Shown piece by piece: positions 39,575 through 53,092 of a stretch of DNA of 64,000 nt (its first letter is position 1; every line of letters starts with the position of its first letter). Source of the DNA: Chrysemys picta bellii (taxonomy: Eukaryota); contig NC_088796.1 in assembly GCF_011386835.1 (NCBI RefSeq), forward strand, positions 111,848,001 to 111,912,000. The letters run 5' to 3'. The notes below the pieces were generated by a model, which was given only the letters and a program-made list of their open reading frames with translations, was not told the DNA's origin and searched no databases. Both the position numbers and the translations under genes were made by a program.

Positions 39575-39930
39575 GAATTCTTTCCCAAATGTCGGGGGGG
39601 GGGGGGGGAAGGTTGGTTCTTGCCCACATGTTCAGGTTCGAACTGACCATCATATTTGGGGTTAGGAAGGAATTTTCCCCCGATCAGATTGGCACAGACC
39701 CTGGAGATTTTTTGCCTTCCTTTACAAGGTGGGACATAGTCACTTGCTGGTTTGAACTCAAGTAAATGGTGGATTCTCTGTACCTTGAAGTTTTAAATCA
39801 AGATTTGAGAACTTCAGTAACTCACCCAGATGTTACAGGCCTTTTCCAAGAGGGGTGGGGGTGAGGTTCTGTGACCCGTGATGTGCAGGTCAGACTAAAT
39901 GATCGTGATGGTCCCTTCTGACCTTAAAAA
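39575..39930 (+). mobile_element. CR1 LINE 3' UTR fragment
   Basis: Ends GCAGGTCAGACTAAATGATCGTGATGGTCCCTTCTGACCTTAAAA, the same 3' type as 4530-4670 and 11048. Confidence 0.8.
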
Positions 39931-41476
39931 GCGAGCCTATAACATGCTCAGCTTTTGAAATCTGATAAGATCACAGCTTGAGGTAATAGGACTGTTGACA
40001 AAGCCTTTTGGCCCACTTGTAAAGCACAATAAACCTGAGAGGTATTATATTTTATTAAATCCACTTACAATAAGCCTGGCAGTAGTAAAGGTATGGGTCC
40101 TACTATTGGCCTCCTATCCTGCTGTTTGCCCTATTTGCACAGGGCATTTGATAAGAGCCATTCACACACCATTTGTAAAGCTGCCCCAAAATTATCTGGA
40201 AATACAGCAGGCAAATGTATTTGGGACAAGAATGGAGGTTGTAAGGCTTCATCACATATCATTGCTCATATTGCCCAGGCTTAAGACCAACAATGCCTCA
40301 AGTATATACAGTGAAGATTTCTAATTTTTTCTAAGTTGGGGTAAGAACCTTGATCGGAAAGATCCCTTAATTTTTACCTTCCCTTATAGCCCTTTGCTCT
40401 ACACCCCACCCACAGTTATTCGTTTGTGGGCATTCTTGAGTCTTAGCACCCACAGTATTTTTTAGGGACTATTATATTCTTTTGACCTACAATGCACATT
40501 AAGTTATGGTATGTTGAATTAAAAAATAAAAATCAGAGCATTCTGTTACTGTTTTTCCATATCTTTGTCAAAAATGTGACAAGCAAATAAGAAAGTGCCA
40601 TATTGTGAAGAAATTGGCCATTAGAATCTGCAATGCAGAGGACTATGCTGTTTACATGACCTCTTTGCTACCTTATCTCACTGTAAATGTGTTTTGATAC
40701 TATCTAGTTAGCAAATGTTCCTAGAATAGACAGAAAATCAGGATGAGGGGGAAGGGGAATGTTAAAAAAAAAAAATCAGTAAGTCCCTAGAGTATTTATT
40801 AACTCATTATCTTTGCCTCAAAGAGTTTATACACTAAATATGATATATGTGATCAAACAGGGTATTTCTTGATGGAAAAGGTGAGACGGCAGACAGATAA
40901 TATAACAGAAATAGACATAAGCCAAGAAAGAGAAGCTGATTTAAGTCAATATCCTTGACAATAAGGTTCAGACGGGAAAAAAAAAATCTTACCACAAACA
41001 TATCAGAGGAGGCGTTAAATTCAAGAATGTTGTATCAGGCAATATTGTATCAGTCACAATTCCTATTGATTTCAATGCATGTTCGCTGACACCAAAGTAC
41101 TTCACATAGAGAGTGATCCAAAGCTCACCCAATCAGAGAAGAGACATACACAAGAAACAACAGGAATAGTGAAATACAGTTAATATTTACAGTGGACCAA
41201 ATCATTGAAGAATCCACTCATTTTTACCCTAGTCCTAGTTTCATTAACTTTAAGGGGAATTTTGCATGAATAAGGAGTAAATATTGAGGATTTGGTTGCA
41301 TGCTGCACAGAATTATATTTCAGGGAGGAAAAGACTTTCCTCAAATTACTCATGGAGGCCATTTGATAGCTTAATTCAGAATGCTTTTATTATATGGGTG
41401 AGATTCTGTGCTATGCCTCTTAGAACTCACAACCTAGGGTAAGGAAGCAGTAACTACTTTAATTCACCTTTACACC

Positions 41477-42466
41477 CATAAGAACATAAGAATGGCCGTA
41501 CTGGGTCAGACCAAAGGTCCATCTAGCCCAGTATCCTGTCTACCGACAGTGGCCAATGCTAGGTGCCCCAGAGGGAATGAACCCAACAGGTAATGATCAA
41601 GTGATCTCTCTCCTGCCATCCATCTCCACCCTCTGATAAACAAACAGAGTCTAGGGACACCATTCCTTACCCATCCTGGCTAATAGCCATTAATGGACTT
41701 AACCTCCATTAATTTATCTAGTTCTCTTTTAAACCCTGTTATAGTCCTAGCCTTCACAACCTCCTCAGGCAAGGAGTTCCACAAGTTAACTGTGCGCGGT
41801 GTGAAGAAGAACTTCCTTTTATTTGTTTTAAACCTGCTGCCCATGAATTTCATTTGGCGGCCCCGAGTTCTTGTATTATGGGAATAAGTAAATAACTTTT
41901 CCTTATCTACTTTCTCCACATCACTCATGATTTTATATACCTCTATCATATCCCCCGTTAATCTCCTCTTTTCCAATCTAAAAAGTCCTAGCCTCTTTAT
42001 CCAAACCCCTAATCATTTTAGTTGCCCTTCTCTGATCCTTTTCTAATGCCAATCTATCTTTTTTGAGATGAGGAGACCACATCTGATGCAGTATTCAAGA
42101 TGTGGGCATACCATCGATTTATATAAGGGCAATAATATATTCTCCGTTTTATTCTCTATCCACTTTTTAATGATTCCTAACATTCTTTTTGCTTTTTTGA
42201 CCGCCTCTGCACACTGCGTGGACGTCTTTAGAGAACTATCCACGATGACTCCAAGATCTTTTTCCTGATTCGTTGTAGCTAAATTAGCCCCCATCATATT
42301 GTATGTATAGTTGGGGTTATTTTTTCCAATGTGCATTACTTTACATTTATCCACATTAAATTTCATTTGCCATTTTGTTGCCCAATCACTTAGTTTTGTG
42401 AGATCTTTTTGAAGTTGTTCACAGTCTGGTTTGGTCCTAACTATCTTGAGCAGTTTAGTATCATCT
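41477..42466 (-). mobile_element. CR1 LINE 3' kilobase
   Basis: Minus-strand peptides MKFNVDKCKVMHIGKNNPNY and [17 protein letters not shown]. Same tail type as 25274. Confidence 0.95.
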
Positions 42467-42694
42467 CCTGGTCCTGGCCTGCTTTGGGGTCTCTAGCACA
42501 ATTTAGACAAATCTTGGGGTCTATTTTAGTTAGAGAACCTTGAGAAGGCTGCTGTATGTGCCTGGAATCTTCACAGAACTGAATGCTGAGACCCTGCCCC
42601 CAACACACCTCCTACACCAAGGCTTGCAAGGGCATTCTTGAGAGGCAGCCTCGTGGCTGTCTTCTTCAGATCCTGGTTTAGAAGAATCTTTTAA

Positions 42695-45250
42695 AAATAA
42701 AAAACTCAATAATAATGGGGGATTTCAACTATCCCCATATTGAATAGGTACATGTCACCTCAGGACGGGTTGCAGAGATAAAGTTTGACACCTTAAATGG
42801 CTGCTTCTTGGAGCAGCAAGTTCTGGAACCCACAAGAGGAGAGGCAATTCTTGGTTGAGTCCTAAGTGGAGCACAGGATCATGTCCAAGGTGAATATAGC
42901 TGGACCGCTTGGTAATAGTGACCATAATATAATTAAATTTAACATCCCTGTGGTAAGAAAAACACAACAGTGGCCCAACACTGTAGCATTTAATTTCAGA
43001 AAGGGGAACTACACAAAAATGAGAAGGTTAGTTAAACAGAAATTAAAAGGTACAGCACCAAAAGTGAAATTCCTGCAAGATGCACGGAAGCTTTTTAAAG
43101 ACACCATAATAGAGGCTCAATTTAAATGTATACCCCAAATTAAAAAACATAGTAAGACAACCAAAAATAAGCCACTGTGGCTAAACAAAGTAAAAGAGGC
43201 AGTCAGAGGGAAAAAAGGCATCCTTTCAAAAGTGGAAGTTAAATCCTAGTGAGGAAAATAGAAAGGAGCATAAACTCTGGCAAATGAAGTGTAAAAATAT
43301 AATTAGGAAAGCCAAAAAAAAATTTGAAGTACAGCTAGCCAAAAACTCAAAAAGTAATAGGATTTTTTTTTAAAGTACATCAGAAGCAGGAAGCCTGCTA
43401 AGCAACCAGTGGGGGGTCACTAGATGATTGAGATGCTAAAGGAGCACTCAAGGACGATAAGGCTACTGCGGAGAAACTAAATGAATTATTTCATTCAGTC
43501 TTCATGGTTGAGGATGTGAGGGAGATTCCCAAACCTGAGCCATTGTTTTTAGGTGACAAATCTCAGGAACTGTCCCAGATTAAGGTGTCATTAGAGGAGG
43601 TTTTGGAACAAATGGATAAAATAAACAGCAATAAGTCACCAGGACCAGATGGTATTCACCCAAGAGTTCTGAAGGAACTCAAATGTAAAATTGCAGGACT
43701 ACTAACTGTAGTCTGTAACTTATCGTTTAAATCAGCTTTTGTACCAAATAACTGGAGGATAGCTAATGTGATGCCAATTTTTAAAAAGGGCTCCAGAGTT
43801 GATCCAGGTAATTACAGGCCAGTAAGCCTGACTTCAGTACCGAGCAAACTGGTTGAAACTATAATAAATAACAAAATTGTCAGACACATAGATGAACATA
43901 ATTTGTTGTGGAACAGTCAACATGGTTTTTGTAAAGGGAAATCATGCCTCACGAATGTACTAGAATTCTTTGAGAGGGTCAACAAGCATGTGGACAAGGG
44001 GGATCCAGTGGATATAGTGTATTTAGACTTTCAGAAAGCCTTTGACAAGGTCCCTCACTAAAGGCTCTTAAGCAAAGTAAGCAGTAATGGGATAAGAGGG
44101 AAGGTTCTCTTGTGGATTGGTAACTGGTTAAAAAATAGGAAACAAAGGATAGGAATAAATGGTCAGTTTTTAGAATGGAGAGAGGTAAATAGTGGTGTCC
44201 CCCAGGGGTATGTACTGGGCCTAGTCCTTTTTAACATATTCATAAATGATCTGGAAAAAGAGGTAAACAGTGATGCTGCAAAACTTGCAGATGATACAAA
44301 ACTACTCAAGATAGTTAAGTCCCAGGCAGACTGCGAAGCACTACAAAAGGATCTCTCAAAACTGGGTGACTGGGCAACAAAATGGCAAATGAAATTCAAT
44401 GTTGATAAATGCAAAGTAATAGAAAACACAATCCCAACTGTACATTTAAAATGATGGGTCTAAATTAGCTGTTACCACTCAAGAAAGCTATCTTAGAGTC
44501 ATTGTGGATAGTTCTCTGAAAACATCCACTCAGTGCGCAGCGGCAGTCAAAAAAGCAAACAGAATGTTGGGAATCATTAAGAAAGGGATAGATAATAAGA
44601 CAGAAATATCATATTGCCTCTATATAAAGCCATGCTACTCCCACATCTTGTATGCAAATGTGGTTGCCCCATCTAAAATAGATATATTGGAATTGGAAAA
44701 AAATCAGAAAAGGGCAACAAAAAATATTAGGGGTATGGAACGGCTATCATATACGGAGAGATTAATAAGACGGGGACTTTTCAGCTTGGAAAAGAGACAA
44801 CTAAGTGGGGGATATGATAGAGGTCTATAAAACCATGACTGGTGTGGAGAAAGTAAATAAGGAAGTGTTATTTACTCCTCATAATAAGAATCAGGGGCCA
44901 CCAAATGCAATTAATAGGCAGCAGGTTTAAAACAAACAAAAGGAAGTTTTTTTTTTTCCACACAATGCACAATCAACCTGTGGAACTCTTCGCCAGAGGA
45001 TGTTGTGATGGCTAAGACTATAACAGGGTTCAAAAAAGAACTAGATAAATTCATGGAGGAGAAGTCCATCAATGGCTATTAGCCAGGATGGGCAGGGATG
45101 GTGTCCCTAGCCTCTGGGTGACAGGGAATGGATCATTTGATGATTATCTGTTCTGTTCATTCCTTCTGGGGCATTGGCCACTGTTGGAAGACAAGATACT
45201 GGTCTAGATGGACCTTTAGTCTGATCCAGTATGGCTGTTCTTATGTTCTT
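42695..45250 (+). mobile_element. 5'-truncated CR1 LINE with decayed ORF2 (APE end + RT)
   Basis: [73 protein letters not shown]. Tail CTTATGTTCTT. Confidence 0.97.
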
Positions 45251-47136
45251 TTCTTCACACAGCTGCAACCAGGGTTTTTTAGGACTCCTTTATACTGCTA
45301 CAGCCCTTCTACATGACGCAAAGGGGCCAGAGCATGGATAAAGGTCTCACCTATTTCTAAGGCCATTTTATAAGTGCCCGTATTACACCTGTGCTCCCAT
45401 TCCATAAATAAAAATACACACATAGTATTTTCCTATCTCTACCTCTAATTTAGTTTGAGAAATGGGAGTGATACTAGTGTGTTTCTGTTGTTCAGAAAAT
45501 GTTTTGTCTGTGGTTTGTTTGAATCTTGGCTCCAGAAGGAGTATTGCCAGAATAAGGACAAAGGCTTGGGACCCTTTAATATTTGGGTATCAATACACTT
45601 TTATTTTCAAAGCACATCCAAATGTTTCACCACATAGGCCAACCCACACAGGCATTTAAAGTAAAAAATGAAATCTGTACAAAAGGTAAACCTGTGATAA
45701 ATCTTATATATTTTACTCTTATGTGGGTGATAGAAATAATTACCTCTAGACATATCATTGCATTGCGCACAGTTGGCACACAGGAGATAGCCAGGTGTTG
45801 GATGTGATAGGAAATGTGCAGCCTGATTACATGTACTAGAATCCAAATGCTGCAAAATATCTCTTAAATGAGATGGGGGCAAGAATGTAAAGATACCACT
45901 TAATTTTTCCATCTGCAGCTAAGTTATGGCAGTGTTTCAAGATTAATTTGTTAATCACATGGGACTTGGGAGTGTATGTGGTAATAAAAGGCTAGAAAAA
46001 ATTTCTAGTGGGCAACAAATACTATCCTAATATGTTTAAGTATTTTTTTTCTTCTTCCTTTGCTAGTCTCATTTCCCTTTTCCTACTATCTACCCCAATT
46101 TATTTATGGGTTTTAAATTTAAAGTCAACACGCTGATTGTGAAAGGCTCCAGATTCATGACAGTGGAAGTGGAAGTCTTTCACTCTATGATTAAATAGAA
46201 TTCACCCCTGTGCAGAGGGCCCAGGCAAGATTCATACACAACTTCAGTCACACTTATTCCCTCAAGATAGTGTGAGTAGTACACAGGCCTTGGTAGGCCC
46301 TCTCCACATGAGCGGATTTCTCCTAGTCAGTGTATTCACAGTGGCAGTATAAGCTTCTCCATGCTGTCCTGCCAACGTCCTCATCACTTTCATGCCAGGC
46401 TGAGAGTCTGATAGAGCTGTCTCCTCACCTCTCTGCTGAGATGGCTTGTATGGGTGCTAAACAGTGTTGATTAGGGGGCTAGTTCTTAAGATATGGACAT
46501 TTGTTCACTGAGACCATCAATTATTTGATAAAGGCTCCTGAAGAACCATCAGATGGTAATGCATTTGTATATCCACTATATTTAAATCATAAAGCTAACT
46601 TGCCTAAGTTCACAGCTAATTGTGTACTTTAGGTATTATTGAGCAACAACGAGGTCTAGGCAATTAAACACAGAACAGAAGACAAAGCCCTGCCACCCCC
46701 CCTGAGACCTGTGTTTGTATGTGAAGAAGGTTATCCATGAAGGAACAAGAGTTCAAACTCTTGGTTATATTATCTGATGTTCATTTTTTAAAAACTTTCA
46801 GATAGACAATGAAGAAGCAGAAATGCTACCATATAATTTAGGTCATCCCAAATAATGAGCAATAGTCAAAGTAAACAGTTCACAAACAACCCCTATTGTG
46901 AAATGTGGTTGCATAAACTGTTATTATGAATGGGCTGAATAAGGTCCTGATCTCAAAATGATCTTTATTATGGATACAGAGGTCCACCCATACAGAGCTC
47001 ATTGCAATGTTGGGGCCTATATGTATAAAACTCTCAATTTCTATTTGTGAGCAGGAAAATAAGGGATAAATTGGTCAAATCATTTTCCCCCCCAATGAAT
47101 AATTTGACCAGCTCTAGTAATATTAGTGCATGTCTT

Positions 47137-47803
47137 TCTCATGGGGCTCATTCACCGCTAAGGCACTGTCTCCAGGCCCCTCTGGGGATTAGCTGCTTCA
47201 GATACTGCACACTCCTCTGGTGGTCTCTCCACCCATCTCTGCAACTCTAAGTGCTCCTTCTTCACAACTTGGCCCTCTGGTTAGATCACTGTGCCTGTTT
47301 GCCCCTTCTGGGGTATCAGAGTCTTTTAAGGCAAAATATCCCAGGCAGTCTGCTCTCCACTGCCTGGTCCAGGCCACTTCCCCAGTGGCTAGTAGGGGAA
47401 CCCAGGTCCATCCTGTACTCCAGCTTCCAGCTCAGGGAGCCTCTACTTAGCAGCCAAGGTCTGTTCCCTCCTGGATCTTTCTGTCTTTCCTCGAGCCTCT
47501 TCCATATCTTCCGGCTCCCGGGGTTTGCCAACCCAAAGTCCTTCCTCCCTGGGAGTAACTGCAGGCTATTTGCCTCTATAGCCCCCAACCACCACACTGC
47601 AGACTACTTCTCTGCAGCTCCGTCTGCTATCAGCTTTATGAACTGAGCTCGGCTCTTTCCTCGTCAGCTGGGCTCCCTCATTCCATCAGAGGATTACTTA
47701 AGCCACCTGATTCCCCTCAGTCGTGGCCTGTTTGGTTAAGTGCCCCCCTTCTTAGCCTACATTAACCCTTTCAGAGCAAGTGTGGGGTGAACACACCATC
47801 ACA
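47137..47803. mobile_element. Solo LTR (667 bp)
   Basis: Starts TCTCA (decayed TGTCA) and ends CATCACA. 5-bp TSD GTCTT on both sides. Confidence 0.7.
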
Positions 47804-47996
47804 GTCTTTCATAGTACATGGCTATCACCTGTGAGATGACTAGCTATATATGTACATTTATCACAGGAGAGTGCTTCACATACAGAGTAGATTGTCAGGA
47901 ATGAAGATCTATATCTTGTATCCTTCAATTCTATAAGCATCTAGAAATTAAGCACCTCACCGAGCATCTGTTGAAGTCAATGGTAGACTCCAACTA

Positions 47997-48112
47997 AGTG
48001 CTGGAACTAGGCATGCTGGGGGTGCGGCAGCTGGCTTGAAGTGGTTTCCATCATATACAGGGTTTGCAATTTGGTTCAGCATCCCCACTATACAAATTGT
48101 TCCAGAACCCCT
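47997..48112. mobile_element. Short hAT-like MITE
   Basis: GTGCTGGAAC ... GTTCCAGAACCCCT inverted ends. Confidence 0.55.
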
Positions 48113-49390
48113 AAACTCCAATTGACTTTAGTAGCATTGTAATAGACTTGGAGAGTCATTTGCAGTAAAACATGCATTTCTTTTACAACTGGAATTTTAT
48201 GTTTACCTAATTTCCTTCAGTTCTTACAACTTAACAACACTTCTCAAATGACCTTGTGGCAAGTAACTTCAATAACAGTTTCCTTTTCATATTGATATTA
48301 TATTTTTACCCCTCCCTTCTTGTGCTCTGCAAGAGACCTTCCTTTCTTGTTTTCTTCTAAATTCTGTTTTATTTTTATCTGACACTATGAAATACAGGGC
48401 ATATTTTATCCACGATAACTAGTAATTCTTCACAGTGCAAGGCTGGGTTTTTGTTTTTCATCTTTTTGAAGAGAGACTTTTATTGATTTTTGCATATCAA
48501 CAAGTACAGAATGCTTCAAAGAATGTTATTACCGAGATAAAAAGTAAGGAAATCAAAATCACTGTGGCTTTGAAGAACATGAATAGAAAGCCACAAATAT
48601 TGTTTGGGTGAAACATTATACTAAACATTGACTATAATATCACTAGCATAGGTCACATAGTTGAATCCAATGGAGTCAACAACCCAGAGAGTCAATAATC
48701 AAATAGCAAAAAGCCCGGAAATCACACTGACAAAAAAATGACAGGAGAGTAGACTTTCATTGGTTAAGGGGATGAAGGGAGAATTGAGTGTTCCATTGCT
48801 AGGACATGGGCCTCTAAGCAGCAGCATCTTTCCCTTCTGAAAGAATCAGACTAGGCCTGAGCAAATATTCCACAATGAATAATGTATCCAAGGAATTTAA
48901 CCTCTTTTTGCTCACCATGAATCCGTGAATAAGTTTCAATGTACTTGAACTTCTGTGTTGTTTGGGGGCAGGGCTAGATTGTCACATTTCTTATTCTGTT
49001 TTGCAAGGGAGTAATGGAGAGTAAAACCCTTCTTTCCTTTCCTGCTCAGATTCTGGGTATGACTGTGAAGAGGAGATCAGGAGCCATTTTCCCAATACTA
49101 CTCACCACATGCAAGTGGGCAGATTGGGAAAGAAATTGGAAAGGGGGGGAGTGGAAGGAGCCCTGGCTCCACCCTCTACTCACTGATGAAAGTACCTGGC
49201 TGTGCACACAGTGGAGAATTAGCTGCTCCAAAAAAAAGAGGCATTATTCACCTACCAGACCAAGGGGACAGCCAGAGAGGAATTGTGACTCTGAGACAGT
49301 TTCTTCTCTGCCTTGCCTGATCTATTAATTATGTCTTAATTATATTGATTATTCAAGAATTTCTAATCAATACTCTGAGATTTGGTAGGT

Positions 49391-50110
49391 TGTTGTCCCA
49401 AGAGCAGGCCCAGTATTTTAGCTGGGAACCCCAGGGTGCACAGTTGCAACACTTACACTTAGGAAAAATCCCTTCTGTATTTACAATAGTTTTATTAACA
49501 CAATTAGCAAAATTACAAACACGCCAGCTCAACAAGGTAGATAGAGACAATACAGAATGTGTGTCTGAGCATCCATATGCTCACTCCATCCCTTGCAGAA
49601 CAACCTGAAGTGTCAGTCATTATCTCCCTCATCACCATCGCCAATGGTTCTCATCCTCGCACCTCACAAGAGTTACATCTCCCAAGGCACACAGGCCAGG
49701 ACACCACTACACCTAATGCATATTCAGTAGGGGTTTCTTCGCCTTTTCCTTATGTGTAGTTCCTCACTGTTGGGGGCCTTCTCCCATAAGTTACTAAACC
49801 TTTTACCTCAAGACTATTAACATATACATCAATTAGATTCCATGGCACTCTTGTGGTCAGATATCTGCTGATGTTCCTAATTTAAAATATCCCAAGCTGG
49901 TATAAACTAGCATCCTGCGGTTACGTGTCAACAGTTTAGTCATTACAGCATTCTATCTTGTGATATCTTATGATCTCCTGGTTAACTGTTTATGCCAAGG
50001 CTTTTGGAGTATGATATCGTGTTTAGCTAAGCTTTTAGCTTACAGGTCTTCTTGGCTCATTACCTTACTGCCTTAACTTATACCCTTACTCTAGCAAATA
50101 CCTCTATCCA
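49391..50110 (-). mobile_element. Possible old solo LTR
   Basis: TG start and CA end, flanks TAGGT/TAGGC, minus-strand AATAAA at ~49490. Boundaries uncertain. Confidence 0.3.
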
Positions 50111-50360
50111 TAGGCTATAGTCTGCACAAGTGGGCCAGTGAAGCTATGTGTCACCCCTAACTGAGGGTGGATTTTGTATTCTCCAATCCCCGTTCAGCTA
50201 TGTCCTAAATGAAAATCTGATTTTTTTTAACGCTAAGAATTGATTTCCAATATTCAGAATTTGAGCTGTGTTTCTTAGTTGTGATTTTGCAATTAGTCAG
50301 CTGATATTTTTTCTGAGTAGTTACCAATGGCATTATTTCCATCCCAGTTCCATTACAGAG

Positions 50361-51669
50361 ATCATAGAATCATAGATTCATAGAAGATTAGGGTTGGAAG
50401 AGACCTCAGGAGGTCTTCTAGTCCAACCTCCTACTCAAAGCAGGATCAACACCAACTAAATCATCCCAGCCAGGGCTTTGTCAAGCTGGGCCTTAAAAAC
50501 CTCTAAGGATGGAGATTCCACCACCTCCCTAGGTAACCCATTCCAGTGCTTCACCACCCTCCTAGTGAAACAGTGTTTCCTAATATCCAACCCAGACCTC
50601 CCCCACTGCAACTTGAGACCAAACTGGATGCAATACTCCAGATGTGACCTCACCAGTGCCGAATAGAGGGGAATAATCACTTCCCTCGATCTGCTGGTAA
50701 TGCTCCTACTAATGCAGCCCAATATGCCATTAGCCTTCTTGGTAACAAGGGCACACTGCTGACTCATATCCAGCTTCTCATCCACTGTAATCCCCAGGCC
50801 CTTTTCTACAGAACTGCTGCTTAGCCAGTCAGTCCCCAGCCTGTAGCAGTGCATGGGATTCTTCTATCCTAAGTGCAGGACTCTGCACTTGTCCTTGTTG
50901 AACCTCATCAGATTTCTTGTAGCCCAATCCTCCAATTTGTCTAGATCACTCTGGACCCTATCCCGACCCTCCAGCGTATCTACCTCTCCCCCCAGCTTAG
51001 TGTCATCTGCGAACTTGCTGAGGGTCCAATCCATCCCATCATCCAGATCATTAATAAAGATGTTGAACAAAAATGGCCCTAGGACCGACCCTTGGGGCAC
51101 TCCGCTTGATACCAGCTGCCAACTAGATATCAAGCCATTTATCACTACCTGTTGAGCCCGACAATTTAGCCACCTTATAGTCCATTCATCCAATCCATAC
51201 TTTTTTAACTTGCTGGCAAGAATACTGTGGGAGACCGTATCAAAAGCTTTGCTAACGTCAAGATATATCATGTCCACTGCTTTCCCCATATCCACAGAGT
51301 CAGTTATCTCATCATAGAAGGCAATCAGGTTGGTCAGGCATGACTTTCCCTTGGTGAATCCATGTTGACCGTTCCTGATCACCTTCCACTCCTCCAAGTG
51401 CTTCAGAATAGTTTCCTTGAGGACCTGCTCCATGATTTTTCCAGGGACTGAGGTGAGGCTGACCAGTGTGTAGCTCCCCTAGTTCTTCTTCTTCCCTTTT
51501 TTAAAGATGGGCACTATATTTGCCTTTTTCCAATCGTCCGGGACTTCCCCCGATCTCCATGAGCTTTCAAAGATAATGGCCAATGGCTCTGCAATCACAT
51601 CAGCCAATTCCCTCAGCACCCTCGGATGCATTAGATCTGGACCCATGGACTTGTGCATGTCCAGCTTTT
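50361..51669 (-). mobile_element. CR1 LINE (RT + 3' end, internally deleted)
   Basis: Minus-strand peptides [52 protein letters not shown]. Tail is the reverse complement of (ATTCTATG)n. Confidence 0.97.
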
Positions 51670-51774
51670 GTGCAATGTGGGGCTCTCTCCCTTTTCCTCT
51701 TCTCTTTGATTTAGCTCTAGAACCTTTAGCCATTGCCATCTGAGCAAATTAATACATTCATGGTTTCAGGATGG

Positions 51775-52985
51775 GCCAAAGAGAGCATAAGAATATGCTC
51801 TATGCTTCTAACCTCTATTAATAAGTTTGGATTCCTCTCAAGATATAAAATAATTGGGTCAATCAAAAATCTTAGGCATTAACAAATATGCCCATAAATT
51901 GGGACTTTCAATGACAATCCTCTTTTATGAAATATTTAGGAATACTGATTCTCAAAAACATTCAGGATGTCCCCAGATAAATATAGAACCAATTATTGCC
52001 AAAGTGGCTAACAATTTGGGGCGATGGAGTTCATTAACCCTCAGTTTGTGAGTCAAAAATAATATATAGAAAATGAATGTCCTTCCCAGAATTTTGTATG
52101 TCCTAAAGGGTCTAGTCCTCAAAATTTATTTTAAGTAATGCAATAATATTTCAGAACATTCCATTGAGGTACAGGTAAGAAATCTAGACTGACTCTGAAC
52201 AAATTACAGCTCCCCTTATCTCTGAGAGGATTTTGTTTTCCCAGCTTGGAAAATTATCATATCTCCGTTTTGGTAAACCAGGCATCTTTGTGGTAGTTAG
52301 AGATAGAATAGAGATCTGGCTACACAACTATCTCTGACCTAATGGAATACATATATCTAATGTTAAAAAGCAGCTATTGAACTGAGACTATGGCTTATTC
52401 ACCAAAAGACATTTTTTCAAATATACTGGTCCCCACATAGGCTAATGGTAATGGGCCTCATAGATGCTGACCACTGTTGGAAACTTAACTCCCTTCATGC
52501 TACCTGAGCTCATATGTTTTGGGAGTGCTCCTGTATCAAAAATTTCTGGTATAAGGTGGGTCAAAGGATCAATTTGATATTGGATGCTAAATTGGAGCCC
52601 TCCCCCTAAAGTGTCATTCTTGGATATATTCCTGATACATGGAGATTACCTGATAACAAGGCCAGTGTGTTTCCAAAGTGCACCTTTGGTTGCTAAAAAA
52701 TTAATCCTGCGAAAATGGAAAAGACAGTCCCCACCAAATATTGTTGCCTGGTTCAGTGATATGGATGACCTCGCAGCTAATGGATGACTGACATTCTGTG
52801 GAATAGGAATGCCCAAAATATTGAAAGCCATTTCAGCTGGCTTTTTAGAGGTCTATGATTAACATAGATTCAGATTCCCTTCCCCTAGCTTTATCCTAAC
52901 TGTCTTTATATACTTTGTATATTATGAGGAATCTGGTATATTAGTGTATCTGTTATATGTGGAAAATTAATAAAAATTATAAATA
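51775..52985 (+). mobile_element. L1-clade (L1/Tx1) LINE ORF2 3' remnant
   Basis: MKYLGILI-like segment, NIEPIIAKVANNLGRWSSLTLSL, MNVLPRILYVL, KLQLPLSLRGFCFPSLENYH and AKKLILRKWKRQSPPNIVAW follow L1 post-RT motif order. AATAAA and an A-rich end lie near 52968. Confidence 0.8.
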
Positions 52986-53065
52986 TGAAAACATGAAATA
53001 TTCTTGCTGGAAGGCTGCAACATAACACTAATTTATTACTTAGAATTCTAAACACACAGAACCCA

Positions 53066-53092
53066 AAGAGAGAGAGAGAGAGAGGGAGAGAG
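53066..53092. repeat. (GA)n microsatellite
   Basis: Direct reading of the sequence. Confidence 0.85.

Noticed and set aside
41477-45250. Twin-priming (5' inversion) origin for the opposed CR1 copies
   Set aside because: Both copies carry the same 3' kilobase and their own tails, so they are separate insertions.
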